The translations under genes were made by a program, and so were the position numbers. Shown piece by piece: positions 8,802 to 18,518 of a DNA stretch of 64,000 nt. Source of the DNA: Bdellovibrionota bacterium. GTDB lineage: Bacteria > Bdellovibrionota_G > JALEGL01 > DATDPG01. Numbering within the stretch: the first letter of the stretch is position 1; every line of letters begins with the position of its first letter. The stretch lies in the NCBI GenBank assembly GCA_963668355.1, contig OY764265.1:1344001-1408000 (forward strand), given 5' to 3'. Under the pieces are notes generated by a model that saw only the letters and a program-made list of their open reading frames with translations, was not told the DNA's origin and did not search any database.

Positions 8802-9905
8802 TTATTTTCCAGAAAGCGCGCGACGCAACGTGACAATTACATGTTCTTGTTCTTCGGATTTAAGGGCCGCATACATGGGTAATAGAATGATTTCTTGGTG
8901 TACCTGCTCCGTTTTGGGAAGGCGGGGGGGATGAAGTAAATGTTCGATATAGGGATGCGTATGAGCGGGAAGAGGGCCGGAGCTTGTTTCAATTCCATTG
9001 GCCAGTAAGTTTTCCATGATGATGTCTCGGTGTTTGGCCGAGACCCGAATGGGATAACTCTGATAATTCCATTCGCGATCCGCAGGTTCGGGAACCAGTT
9101 GAAGATCTAAAGGACTTAGTTCTTGGCGGTAGCGGTCTGCCAAGCTTTTTCGTCTCGCTTTGGCTTCATCCAATCGATCCAATGCCCATAAGCCGATGGC
9201 AGCTTGAAATTCACTCATTCGATAATTATGCCCCACCCGTTCAGATGGAAGTTTTTTCCCAGAAGGACGGCCGTGGTTTCCGATGGATCGAACCCGATCC
9301 GCAAGCCCTTCATCGTCTGTAAGCACCATTCCACCTTCACCCGTGGATAAAAGTTTGCGTGGATGAAAGCTCAGTAATCCGGCCAGGCCAAAGGTTCCGA
9401 CAGCTTTCTCTTGGAAGAAAGAACCCAAACCACATGCAGCGTCTTCAATGAGAACAAGATTCTTTTTTCGACACAACTCTGCAAACTCTTGTCCGTTGGC
9501 GGGGATGCCAAACTGATGAACCAGCACAATCCCCTTGGTTTTTGAATTCACTTTGCTTTCGACCTCATCAAAATTGAGGTTGAAGGAGTCCAAATCGATA
9601 TCTGCAAATACCGGAGTGGTCTTTCGAGCGAGAATGGGATTCACGGTTGCAATGAATGTGTACGAGGGGCAAATGACTTCGGAGTGTGCGTCAAACCCGG
9701 CGGCTTCACACAAGGCTTCCAAGGCGGATGTTCCCGAGTTGGTGGCAACGGCATAAATGGATCCGGAAATTTCGGCCACGCGTTGCTCGAAAGCGGTCGC
9801 AAACTCTCCCTCTGACCATCTTCCAGATGTGAGAATTTCTCGAAGGGTTTCCAAAAGCGCCGTAGGGCTTTCGGGATGATCAGGTCTGGCGAGAGGTACT
9901 TTCAT
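8802..9905 (-). CDS. DegT/DnrJ/EryC1/StrS PLP-dependent sugar aminotransferase
   Basis: NSGTSAL, TFIATVN, IEDAAC, SFHPRK.LSTGEGG (PLP Lys), GHNYRMSE. Confidence 0.93.
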   Translation of the reverse strand: MKVPLARPDHPESPTALLETLREILTSGRWSEGEFATAFEQRVAEISGSIYAVATNSGTSALEALCEAAGFDAHSEVICPSYTFIATVNPILARKTTPVFADIDLDSFNLNFDEVESKVNSKTKGIVLVHQFGIPANGQEFAELCRKKNLVLIEDAACGLGSFFQEKAVGTFGLAGLLSFHPRKLLSTGEGGMVLTDDEGLADRVRSIGNHGRPSGKKLPSERVGHNYRMSEFQAAIGLWALDRLDEAKARRKSLADRYRQELSPLDLQLVPEPADREWNYQSYPIRVSAKHRDIIMENLLANGIETSSGPLPAHTHPYIEHLLHPPRLPKTEQVHQEIILLPMYAALKSEEQEHVIVTLRRALSGK

Positions 9906-9923
9906 TTCAACAACCGCAATATC

Positions 9924-12491
9924 CTACTCATTTCGGGGTGATTCCACAAAAACTTCTACAGGGCCTAACTTATATCTACCCTCTTTTTCCAAAGGAGTGA
10001 AGCCGATGCCCGAAATCATAAATGAGGAGGAATCAAAATCACGCTTCTTTTTCCAAAGGTCCGGGAACGTAAATAGCCACTTGTCACCCCCCAGAGAAAT
10101 GGGCACAGAGGGAGAAACATGAAGCTTGCCCCCAATCTCCAAAAGGAATTGTTTTTGTAGAGGATGTCGGGTTTCGATCTGCATTTCAATGTGAAGACCA
10201 GGTTGGGAAATGGGTAGCTGAACGGGCAAGAGGAGTGCGTCAATGGTTGGGGCTGACTGTTTCACATTGATTTCGATGGTTTCAGGGACTAGGAGAGAAC
10301 CCTTTGTCGAGAGATATTTGAGGTTTCGTTGGGTCTGAGCGTTATTGGCTTTGAATCGTGGAGAAGCAAGGCCTTCATCCAGGCGGACGCGTATGGGAGA
10401 TTGGCTTTTCGGCCGAAGGCGTTCCAAGTATGCCAAAAATGTGGGTAAGTCGGTGTGGATATGGCTCATGGTCTGTGCGATGTCTTCAAGTCGCATATTT
10501 TGTTTTCGATATCTGAGAATCGAGACGAGAGATTGGTTCCAGAGGTCAGAGGAAACCTTGTTTTGATGAGCCAGTAACCACGATTCTTTGATGGGTGTGG
10601 ACGGATTCAAAGCTCCCAGAGCTTCGATGAGCGGGATTCGAAAATCTCGGGCGCTGATGCTTCGAGCCCTTCGTAAATAGTGCTCATATTCTTTTTCTTT
10701 TCGATGCAAAAAAGCCGTTTGCGCCAAGTACAATAAAATGCGCAGTTTTTCTTTTGGATAGATGGAGCCAGGGCTGTTGATGATATTTTCACAAACTTGA
10801 TTCCCGTAGTTCGAATCCAGTCCGGAGATGAAGATCCGGCACATTCGAACTCTCTGGTATAGGTTGAATCGATCGAGCAAAATGGCCTGCTCCGTGGCTC
10901 GTTGAGCCCGATACGTCTCCCCTAGTGAAGCTGCGTTCCAGGCAAATTCATACAAGGCCTCGGCGTTCAATGGGTTTTTCGCAACGGCTTGCTCCATATT
11001 CGCGAGGCTAAGAAGGTGATGTGCGTGTAGATCGGTGTTCGAGGTGTTGGGAGGAGGAGTTTCGGGTATTGCAAGGGTCTTTGGTTTTGCGGGGTGCAGA
11101 GCCAACACTAACCCTACGACTGTTCCCGCAAAGGTCATTCCAATCAAACTCCATCGAATGGTGGGAGTGGCAACCACGGAGCGGCGTTGCGTGGAGAGGG
11201 TTCCCGCCAAAAGAATGGCAAAAAGGATCTGATGAGCGGGCAAGGGAGTGTTGAACACAAAAACGGAATCCACTCCTAAGGCCACCAGCCCTAAAGCAAA
11301 ACCCTTTCGTGTAAAGGATTCTTCCGGATTGTTTAAAATAACGAAAATACGCCTCAGCAAAAGGAAGAGGAGGAGTCCGAAGAGGAGAAATGTAACGATT
11401 CCTCCTGAAACCAGGACTTCTAGAAAATCATTCTCTACATGTTCTGGGTGAAGCCAGACATGATCGTCCATCAGAATGCGAGAAGCGGTCGCAAAGCCTC
11501 CAAAACCGATTCCCAATGTCGGCGTTTGTTGCCAAAGCTCAAGGGCATACTTCCAAAAAACCGGTCGGAACTCGTCTCCCGTTATGAGTTCTGTGGGCGT
11601 AGAAATGAGACGAGAAAAAATGGTGGCATGCCAAAGAAAGGCAGCTAGCAGGACAATGATGAAAACGGGCAAGGTATAACTCAGGGCTTGTCGGGAAAAA
11701 AGACCCACCCGGGAAAGAAACCAAAAATGAAGGATTAAAATGATTCCCATCGAAAGCAAAGCGGCGCGAGAACCGGTAAAAACCAAGCCCAGGGCAGTAA
11801 AACCAAGCACTATGGTTAAAATAACTCGGTTGGATGGACCTGTGGGACGGGCCAATAGGCCCAAGCCAAGCGCGAGTAAAACGGCGAAGAGGCATCCGGC
11901 GTGGTTCGTGCTGATATAGGGGCCAAAAAAGGTCCAACCCTGCTCCCAGATCCAGAACATTTTTGTGCTTCCGGAAAATCTGTGAATCAATCCAAACAGA
12001 GCTAAAAGAGCCCCCAAAAAACACAAAATGAATGCCACCTTTCTTCTTCTCTTTCGATCACGAAAGAGAAGCAAGGCGCTAATGAAAATGACGGACGATG
12101 CGAAAAACTGTGAAATAAATGTCCAATTTCCTTGGGGAGACAGCGTGATGGGATAGTTTTGAGCTTCGGCCGATAATTTTAAAGCATCCAGTGTGTCGAA
12201 GGTTAAGTGGCTGGCCAGAGGACTAAAAAACTGAAGGATCGACTGAGGAAGGGGAATCAATTGAACCCATCCGATGATCCAAAACAAGAACACGGTTCCG
12301 GCAATCAGGTTTTGTTTCTTGAATTTTTTATCGGGTTCAACGCCTCCTAACAGCCAAATGCATATCAGGGAAATCAGCGAGGCAAAGAAGAGATGGAATC
12401 GTTCATAATTGGGAGCCACACCTCCAAAAAACAAGGTTGCACCCAACCAAAGTGAAAGCAAAAGGTACATGGATAGATTACGTTGGTTCAT
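9924..12491 (-). CDS. O-antigen ligase/oligosaccharyltransferase-like (Wzy_C) membrane protein with a long C-terminal TPR-like plus beta-rich extension
   Basis: About 12 TM segments; GPYISTNH, GSRAA, R..FW..A, LGIGFGGF and HVENDFLE Wzy_C motifs; then helical repeats (AVAKNPLNAEALY..A). Confidence 0.8.
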   Translation of the reverse strand: MNQRNLSMYLLLSLWLGATLFFGGVAPNYERFHLFFASLISLICIWLLGGVEPDKKFKKQNLIAGTVFLFWIIGWVQLIPLPQSILQFFSPLASHLTFDTLDALKLSAEAQNYPITLSPQGNWTFISQFFASSVIFISALLLFRDRKRRRKVAFILCFLGALLALFGLIHRFSGSTKMFWIWEQGWTFFGPYISTNHAGCLFAVLLALGLGLLARPTGPSNRVILTIVLGFTALGLVFTGSRAALLSMGIILILHFWFLSRVGLFSRQALSYTLPVFIIVLLAAFLWHATIFSRLISTPTELITGDEFRPVFWKYALELWQQTPTLGIGFGGFATASRILMDDHVWLHPEHVENDFLEVLVSGGIVTFLLFGLLLFLLLRRIFVILNNPEESFTRKGFALGLVALGVDSVFVFNTPLPAHQILFAILLAGTLSTQRRSVVATPTIRWSLIGMTFAGTVVGLVLALHPAKPKTLAIPETPPPNTSNTDLHAHHLLSLANMEQAVAKNPLNAEALYEFAWNAASLGETYRAQRATEQAILLDRFNLYQRVRMCRIFISGLDSNYGNQVCENIINSPGSIYPKEKLRILLYLAQTAFLHRKEKEYEHYLRRARSISARDFRIPLIEALGALNPSTPIKESWLLAHQNKVSSDLWNQSLVSILRYRKQNMRLEDIAQTMSHIHTDLPTFLAYLERLRPKSQSPIRVRLDEGLASPRFKANNAQTQRNLKYLSTKGSLLVPETIEINVKQSAPTIDALLLPVQLPISQPGLHIEMQIETRHPLQKQFLLEIGGKLHVSPSVPISLGGDKWLFTFPDLWKKKRDFDSSSFMISGIGFTPLEKEGRYKLGPVEVFVESPRNE

Positions 12492-12492
12492 G

Positions 12493-13572
12493 TTATCCGA
12501 ACTTTTCTTTTAAAATCTTCACGATTCGTTCGGATGCTTTCCCATCCCATCGGGCCGGACGACCGTGTTTTTTCCTCTGAGTGTTTAGCGTTTGGGTGAA
12601 ATGTTTAAAAATGACCTGTGGATCATTTCCGACAATTTTATTCGTTCCTTGAGACACGGTGACCCTGCGTTCGGTATTTTCTCTCAGCGTGAGGCAGGGA
12701 ATACCCAGGGCCGTTGTTTCCTCTTGAATCCCTCCCGAATCCGTTAATACAATTTTGGCTTCAGACATGGCTTTTAGGAAGGGTAAGTAGGAGAGGGGCT
12801 GGATCAAATGAAGATTCTTGAAGTCGGTGGGAATGTTCCATCGTTTCAAGCTTTCATGGGTCCTGGGGTGAACGGGAAAAAACAGATCCAGTTCTTTGGC
12901 CATTTGTCCGAATGTTTCAAAGACCTTTTTCAGATGGTTAGCATCATCTACATTGGTGGGGCGATGAAGGGTGATGAGGCCGTAAGGAGATTGGGTGAGT
13001 TGTGGAAGTCGTTTGGTCTTGGGGAGCATTCGATCCAGTGTGTCGATCATCACGTTTCCGACAAAATGGATTTTTTTCTTGGGGACGCCTTCCCTGAGAA
13101 GGTTCTCATCAGCTTCGCGGCTATGTGTGAAAAGAAAATCACTGATGCAGTCGGTAACCACGCGATTGACCTCTTCCGGCATTTTTCGATCAAAACTTCT
13201 CAAACCGGCTTCCACATGGGCCACGGGAATGTGTAGTTTTACTGCGGCTAAAGCGCAAGCCATTGTGGAGTTCACATCCCCCACCACAAGAACTAAAGAA
13301 GGAGTTTCCTTCAATAGAATCGCTTCAAATTTTTCGAGAATATGAGCGCTTTGTTGTCCATGGGTTCCCGATCCGACCCCCAAATTTAGTGCGGGCTCGG
13401 GTATCTCAAGGTCGGCGAAGAATCCTTCTGACATCGCATGATCATAGTGTTGTCCCGTATGAATCAAAATCGGGTAGAGGGATCGAAACTTTCGGATGGC
13501 ACGTAAAATGGGTGCGATTTTTGGAAAATTGGGTCGAGCCCCGGCCACTAAAATGATCTTAATTTTTCCCAT
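12493..13572 (-). CDS. wecB: UDP-N-acetylglucosamine 2-epimerase (non-hydrolysing)
   Basis: GARPNF.K, HTGQHYD, VGDVNST, HVEAGLRS, TDSGG.QEE, RENTER. Start set at ATG 13572, overlapping the upstream stop. Confidence 0.93.
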   Translation of the reverse strand: MGKIKIILVAGARPNFPKIAPILRAIRKFRSLYPILIHTGQHYDHAMSEGFFADLEIPEPALNLGVGSGTHGQQSAHILEKFEAILLKETPSLVLVVGDVNSTMACALAAVKLHIPVAHVEAGLRSFDRKMPEEVNRVVTDCISDFLFTHSREADENLLREGVPKKKIHFVGNVMIDTLDRMLPKTKRLPQLTQSPYGLITLHRPTNVDDANHLKKVFETFGQMAKELDLFFPVHPRTHESLKRWNIPTDFKNLHLIQPLSYLPFLKAMSEAKIVLTDSGGIQEETTALGIPCLTLRENTERRVTVSQGTNKIVGNDPQVIFKHFTQTLNTQRKKHGRPARWDGKASERIVKILKEKFG

Positions 13573-14731
13573 AGGTCTCTTTTTGAACGGTGTGATCAAT
13601 GGCCATTTTAAACCCTTGTACCGCTCGATCAATCGACCAGGCTTGAATTTTTTTTCGAGCCTCGGCTCCCATTCGAGAGCGTTCGGAGGGATTGGAAAGC
13701 ATCCAGTCGAGTTTATCTTTCAGGTCTTGAGTCGAGGATGGAGAAAATGAAAGACCCGTGGTTCCGGGCTCAACGAGGTCTGGAGAGCAGCCCACGGCAT
13801 CTGAAACGACCGCTGGAAGGGCTGCGGCCATCGCTTCAATGACCACGACGCCCCATGTTTCATGTCGGGAGGGCAATACGAAAAGATCTGCGGCTGCGTA
13901 AAAAGCAGGGAGCTCTTGCGGTTGCTGAAAACCATGAAAAAAAATGGAAGTAGAAGTTGAGGCATAGGCTCGTTTCAAAGAGGTTTCTTGACTCCCTGCG
14001 CCAACGAGGTGCAGGGAAGCGTTCGGGTGCTTGGGGCGTACGGCGTGAAAAGCTTCTAGCAGGACTTCAACGCCTTTCCAGGTTTCCATATTTCCAACGT
14101 AAAGAATGATGGTCCCATCTCCCATTCCTAAATTCTTCCGAACTTTCGTCGGCTCTTCTCTTAGAACCTCGATGTCTCTCTGGAAAGCCGGGACATCAAT
14201 GGTGTTTGGGAAAAAGAAAATGTCGGGGTCTGCAGCTCCGAAGCTTTGGATATACCTCTTAGAGGCACTTCCCATCGTGAGATGGGAGGAGGCTTTGGCG
14301 TAAAAACGCCGAATCGGCCAGGATTTGATCTTCTTCCAAAAGGAGGAACGGGGTTTGTTTAAATGGCTTTCCGTTACGGTGATGTAGGGAAGGTGATTTT
14401 GTAGACAAAATTTTCGAATGCCCCAAAACGCCGGTTGTGCATAACCGCTCACAATACAAATGTCCGGGCGCTGTTCTTTGAGAAATTTCTGAACGCCTTG
14501 ATTGATGAATACGGCATGAGAACCATAGGAAGCCCATTGACGACCCGGAAGAACCGAAGTCTTTTGTTCAAGCGTATCTGATCGAGAAAGCTTCCAGTGG
14601 CGTCCCTTCTGGGTTTGAGAGAGGTATACAAAGCGAATGTCCCAATCCCCTTGAAGGCACAGCTTCTCAAAGACTGCTTGGCGATAAGGAGTCTCAATTT
14701 CAGAAAAAAATAGAATCTTCGGTCGTGACAA
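13559..14731 (-). CDS. Glycosyltransferase family 4
   Basis: TPYR, KG...L..AF, DLFVLPSRHETWGVVVIEAMAA (EX7E). Confidence 0.92.
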   Translation of the reverse strand: MSRPKILFFSEIETPYRQAVFEKLCLQGDWDIRFVYLSQTQKGRHWKLSRSDTLEQKTSVLPGRQWASYGSHAVFINQGVQKFLKEQRPDICIVSGYAQPAFWGIRKFCLQNHLPYITVTESHLNKPRSSFWKKIKSWPIRRFYAKASSHLTMGSASKRYIQSFGAADPDIFFFPNTIDVPAFQRDIEVLREEPTKVRKNLGMGDGTIILYVGNMETWKGVEVLLEAFHAVRPKHPNASLHLVGAGSQETSLKRAYASTSTSIFFHGFQQPQELPAFYAAADLFVLPSRHETWGVVVIEAMAAALPAVVSDAVGCSPDLVEPGTTGLSFSPSSTQDLKDKLDWMLSNPSERSRMGAEARKKIQAWSIDRAVQGFKMAIDHTVQKETYGKN

Positions 14732-14740
14732 AATGCAGTC

Positions 14741-14747
14741 TATTATA
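14741..14747. promoter_or_regulatory. Overlapping bidirectional -10 elements (TATTAT on +, TATAAT on -) between two divergent GT genes
   Basis: Only about 22 bp separate TTG 14731 (-) from GTG 14754 (+); TATTATA lies in the middle. Confidence 0.55.
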
Positions 14748-14753
14748 GGAGGC

Positions 14754-15917
14754 GTGAAGCCAGGTGGCGAACAAAAGCATATTCTTTATGTCACTCCCTT
14801 TGATGAGCCGTTTAGTGGAGCGGATGAAAGCCTTCTATTGGCCATTTCCAAGTTAGATCGTGAGCGCTTTCATCCTCATATTCTCATTCCATGTGAGGCG
14901 CCCTATCGCTCGCGCTATGAAGCGCTTGGCGTCACCGTTCATGAGTGGCCCATGTCGCGAATGCGTCGTCGGTACTCTCCCGTTTTCTGGATGCAATTTC
15001 TGCGAAGATTGCGTCACGAGTGGTGTCATCTTCCCTCTCTCATGGATCGGGAAAAGATCGAGATTGTGCATATCAATATGCATGTGGCTCTGGGGCCCCT
15101 CTTAGCCGCGAGGAAAAAAGGTGTTCCATGTGTTGTGAGTTATCGCGCCAAAACGAATGATCGACCCAAGGTCTTCTTTGATGTGTTTTTGCCCTGGTTG
15201 CATCGACACAGTGACGCAATGCTGTGCATAAGTTCGGCCGTGGCAGAGCATTTTTTCAAAAGAGGTTTGAGGAGGGGGGTTCGTGTGCTTCCCAATCCGG
15301 TTGATATTGAACAGCTAAGAAATCAATTGGATTTCAATCCTTATAAAACGCTGCAAACGAAGAACATCCTTCTTTTTGTGGGGCGTTTGGATCCCCAAAA
15401 ACGCGTGGAAGTCTTTTTAAAAGCCTTGAACATTTTGAAAAAGAATGGATGTGATGTGTACGGGGTGGTTGTTGGAACCTCGGCCAATGCTCCGAAAGAT
15501 CAAGCCTATGAAGTCGAATTAAAGCGACTGGCCGAGAAAAGGGAGATTCCAGTTTTATGGGCTTCGGGACAGAAAGAGGTGGCTCCGTATATGCGTCATG
15601 CGAAGGTTTTGGTTCTTCCTTCCGTAAACGAAGGCTTTGGACGGGTGTTGATTGAAGCGATGGCGTTGGGCCTGCCCGTTGTGGGAGCGGATTCGGGTGC
15701 AATCCCAGAAGTCTTGCAGCATGGGACGTATGGTCGTCTTTTTCTTCCAGATCAGGAGGCGCGCTTGGCGGAGGAAATTCTTTCGAGTTTGGAGGACCCA
15801 GAGCGAGAAGAGAAACTCAAGGAAGCTCAAGAACATGCGCTCAAAAACTTTTCAGCCGAAGAATACTCCGTCAAACTAGTGGAGGTATATGAACAGCTCC
15901 TTGCAAAATCTATCTAA
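14754..15917 (+). CDS. Glycosyltransferase family 4
   Basis: SGADESL, VGRLDPQKR, LPSVNEGFGRVLIEAMALG. Start GTG 14754 or ATG 14733. Confidence 0.92.
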   Translation: MKPGGEQKHILYVTPFDEPFSGADESLLLAISKLDRERFHPHILIPCEAPYRSRYEALGVTVHEWPMSRMRRRYSPVFWMQFLRRLRHEWCHLPSLMDREKIEIVHINMHVALGPLLAARKKGVPCVVSYRAKTNDRPKVFFDVFLPWLHRHSDAMLCISSAVAEHFFKRGLRRGVRVLPNPVDIEQLRNQLDFNPYKTLQTKNILLFVGRLDPQKRVEVFLKALNILKKNGCDVYGVVVGTSANAPKDQAYEVELKRLAEKREIPVLWASGQKEVAPYMRHAKVLVLPSVNEGFGRVLIEAMALGLPVVGADSGAIPEVLQHGTYGRLFLPDQEARLAEEILSSLEDPEREEKLKEAQEHALKNFSAEEYSVKLVEVYEQLLAKSI

Positions 15918-16434
15918 GTTCCAAAGTTCGATAAATCGCGGGCGCTCGTTCTGGGTGGAAGTGTTGTGGCGAGTGGTCATGGCTGGGGTTTTCCAGAACC
16001 CGTTCTGTCCCTTTTATGCCCCGAAGAGGGGTTTGCTTCGACTCTTTGGTGCCAAAGTTGGCAAGGGGGTTTTGATCAAACCTCGCGTTACCATTACGTT
16101 TCCTTGGCGTCTCACATTGGGAGATCATGTGTGGATCGGTGAGGGCGTTTGGTTGGATAATTTGGCCAATGTGGAAATCGAGGATCATGTTTGCATTTCC
16201 CAAGGAGCCTATCTTTGTACGGGGAATCACGATTTTCGAGTCGAAGGATTTGATTTAAGGGTCGAGCCCATCATCTTGAAAAAAAGCGCTTGGGTTGGAG
16301 CTCAGGCTGTCGTGGGTCCCGGTGTGACCGTGGAAGAGGGGGCCGTCTTGTCCTTGGGGTCAGTAGCAACCCAGACCTTAGAGACAAGAGGGATTTATCA
16401 AGGAAATCCCGCGCGAAAAGTGGGTCAACGCTAG
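15889..16434 (+). CDS. wcaF: WcaF-like polysaccharide O-acetyltransferase (hexapeptide repeat)
   Basis: LLRLFGAKVG, FPWRL.LGD..WIGE, CISQGAYLCTGNHD, GNPA. Confidence 0.88.
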   Translation: MNSSLQNLSKFQSSINRGRSFWVEVLWRVVMAGVFQNPFCPFYAPKRGLLRLFGAKVGKGVLIKPRVTITFPWRLTLGDHVWIGEGVWLDNLANVEIEDHVCISQGAYLCTGNHDFRVEGFDLRVEPIILKKSAWVGAQAVVGPGVTVEEGAVLSLGSVATQTLETRGIYQGNPARKVGQR

Positions 16435-16435
16435 G

Positions 16436-17242
16436 CTATTTTTCTCTTTGACACAAAAGGTAATGGCTTCCAGGCCCAGTCGGAGAAAGCTCTTGGAGAA
16501 GGGCATCCACCGTATATAGAAAGGGGCAGATCAGGTTCGCACGTCTGTCAGATCCCGAAACTTTTTGACGGAACTTGCTCCAAAGCGTCAGATACCACCC
16601 CCACATCTTGGAAGAGCAAAGACGCATGGGGACATTCAGTGTGAAGAAAATGGGTTGGTAGCGAAGGGGCGTAATTTTATGTTTCCCAAATATTTCTTCG
16701 AATTCGGGTTTGGACCAATGCCTTTGGTGTCCTCCCTCGTACGGATATGGTTTCGGAAGAAAGTCGTCGGCAATGATGATGAATCCACCCGGTTTCGTGG
16801 CGTTCTTTAAGTTTTGGATGGCTTGTTCCAGGCCTTCCGGGGAAAGCACGTGATACAAAACGGAAATGCAAAAAGTCAGATCTGCGGGCTCAATCAGGGG
16901 GTCTAAGGGCTTGGTCAGATCTCCTGAGAAAAAGGTATAATCGGGGAAACGTTCTTTCAATTGAGAAACCGACGCAGGTACAAAGTCGATTCCCGTGAGG
17001 TTTTTTACGCCCCTGTTTTTACAAAAGCCTTCCAAAAAGCCCGCTCCAGCTCCGGCATCCAGAACTGACATGTTTTCATCCAAGCGGATTTGGGACTTGC
17101 GCAAAAGAACATTGAGTGCGGATGCGAAGGTTCGATAGAGCCAGTCGTTGTAGGCCGTTCCCATTCCGATGGATCCGGTGACGCTTAAATCCAATCGATT
17201 GGAAAAACGCTTTTTCCAGTAGTCTTGCGGATCAAAAGTCAT
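16436..17242 (-). CDS. Class I SAM-dependent methyltransferase
   Basis: Motif I VLDAGAGAG, GIDF, GDL, SVLYHV, KPGG. Confidence 0.88.
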   Translation of the reverse strand: MTFDPQDYWKKRFSNRLDLSVTGSIGMGTAYNDWLYRTFASALNVLLRKSQIRLDENMSVLDAGAGAGFLEGFCKNRGVKNLTGIDFVPASVSQLKERFPDYTFFSGDLTKPLDPLIEPADLTFCISVLYHVLSPEGLEQAIQNLKNATKPGGFIIIADDFLPKPYPYEGGHQRHWSKPEFEEIFGKHKITPLRYQPIFFTLNVPMRLCSSKMWGWYLTLWSKFRQKVSGSDRRANLICPFLYTVDALLQELSPTGPGSHYLLCQREK

Positions 17243-17301
17243 GCTTTTTAAGATTAGTCCATTTTTAGGATTACGCGAGCTTTCCGCTATAATTAGCTTT
17301 C

Positions 17302-18510
17302 GTGAAACTCCTTATTTTAGCGCACAAATTTCCCTACGCATCTTCGGAAGTCTTTTTGGAAAGAGAAATACGTGTTTTGGCGCAACATTTCGAAGAGATT
17401 CTCGTGGTTCCAACCTCACCCCTTACAACAAGTCAAAAACCTCTTTATGAAATTCCGGACAATGCCCGAGTCGAATTGGGGGTTTCTCAGTTTATTCATG
17501 AACGTGTGACGCAAGGCGGGATTTTAAGAAAGAATCTAGACACATTCACGGCCCAAGCTTTGCTTCTGAATGTTTTTCGCCTGGGCGTTCAGAATACACG
17601 CCTGATTTTAGGCGTATTGGGGGACGGATTATTGATCCGTGAAGCGCTTTTAAAGTGTGTTGATTTGGAGTCATTCAAAACGGGGTACGCCTTCTGGTCA
17701 GATTCGTTGGCGTTGGGTTTGGGGTTGCTGAAGCGAACGCATTCTCAACTGCATGTGGTGGCTCGTTCACATCGTTTCGACCTCTACTCTGAAGGCAAAA
17801 ACGTACCTTCTTTGCCCTTTCAAAAAGAGTGTATGAACCTCTTGGACCGCATCCATCCTTGCTCCAAAGAGGGGGAACAATACCTTCATAAAAAATTTCC
17901 CGAAGTGGCGCGTAAAATTTCCGTTCGTTACTTAGGCACGCTTTCCTCTTCTCGCTTGTCTCCCCATTCCCCAGATGGAATCCTTCGTTTGGTCAGTTGC
18001 TCTCATCTCATTCCTCGAAAGCGAACCCACCTCATTTTGGAAGCTTTGAAAAGCGTAACTCGAAAAGTGGAGTGGACTCATTTTGGGGATGGCCCAGAAA
18101 TGCAAACACTTCAAGTTTCTTGCAAACAACTTCCTCCTCAAATTCGTGCCCATTTTTTTGGAAACATCCAAAACGAAGATCTTTTGAAATATTATGAAAC
18201 GCATCCTGTGGACTTATTCGTAAATGCGAGTGAATCGGAGGGCGTTCCGGTCTCGATTATGGAGGCGATGTCCAAGGGCATTCCGTGTATTGGAACAGAT
18301 GTTGGAGGAATGAGGGAAATTGTAAATTCCGAAAACGGATACCTCATGCCAGCGGAATTTTCTGCCCAAGAACTTGCAGAAATTGTGCAAAATCACCCGT
18401 TGGGATCGAATGAATATCAAGAGGCCGCGCTACGCACGCAAAGAACGTATTTCGATGCGGAAAAAAATTACGCGAATTTTGCGCGAGAACTCAAATCCCT
18501 AGAGATTTAA
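17302..18510 (+). CDS. Glycosyltransferase family 4
   Basis: FPY..SEVFL, RSHRFDLY, KRTHL, DLFVNASESEGVPVSIMEAMS. Confidence 0.92.
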   Translation: MKLLILAHKFPYASSEVFLEREIRVLAQHFEEILVVPTSPLTTSQKPLYEIPDNARVELGVSQFIHERVTQGGILRKNLDTFTAQALLLNVFRLGVQNTRLILGVLGDGLLIREALLKCVDLESFKTGYAFWSDSLALGLGLLKRTHSQLHVVARSHRFDLYSEGKNVPSLPFQKECMNLLDRIHPCSKEGEQYLHKKFPEVARKISVRYLGTLSSSRLSPHSPDGILRLVSCSHLIPRKRTHLILEALKSVTRKVEWTHFGDGPEMQTLQVSCKQLPPQIRAHFFGNIQNEDLLKYYETHPVDLFVNASESEGVPVSIMEAMSKGIPCIGTDVGGMREIVNSENGYLMPAEFSAQELAEIVQNHPLGSNEYQEAALRTQRTYFDAEKNYANFARELKSLEI

Positions 18511-18518
18511 AAAAGAGA

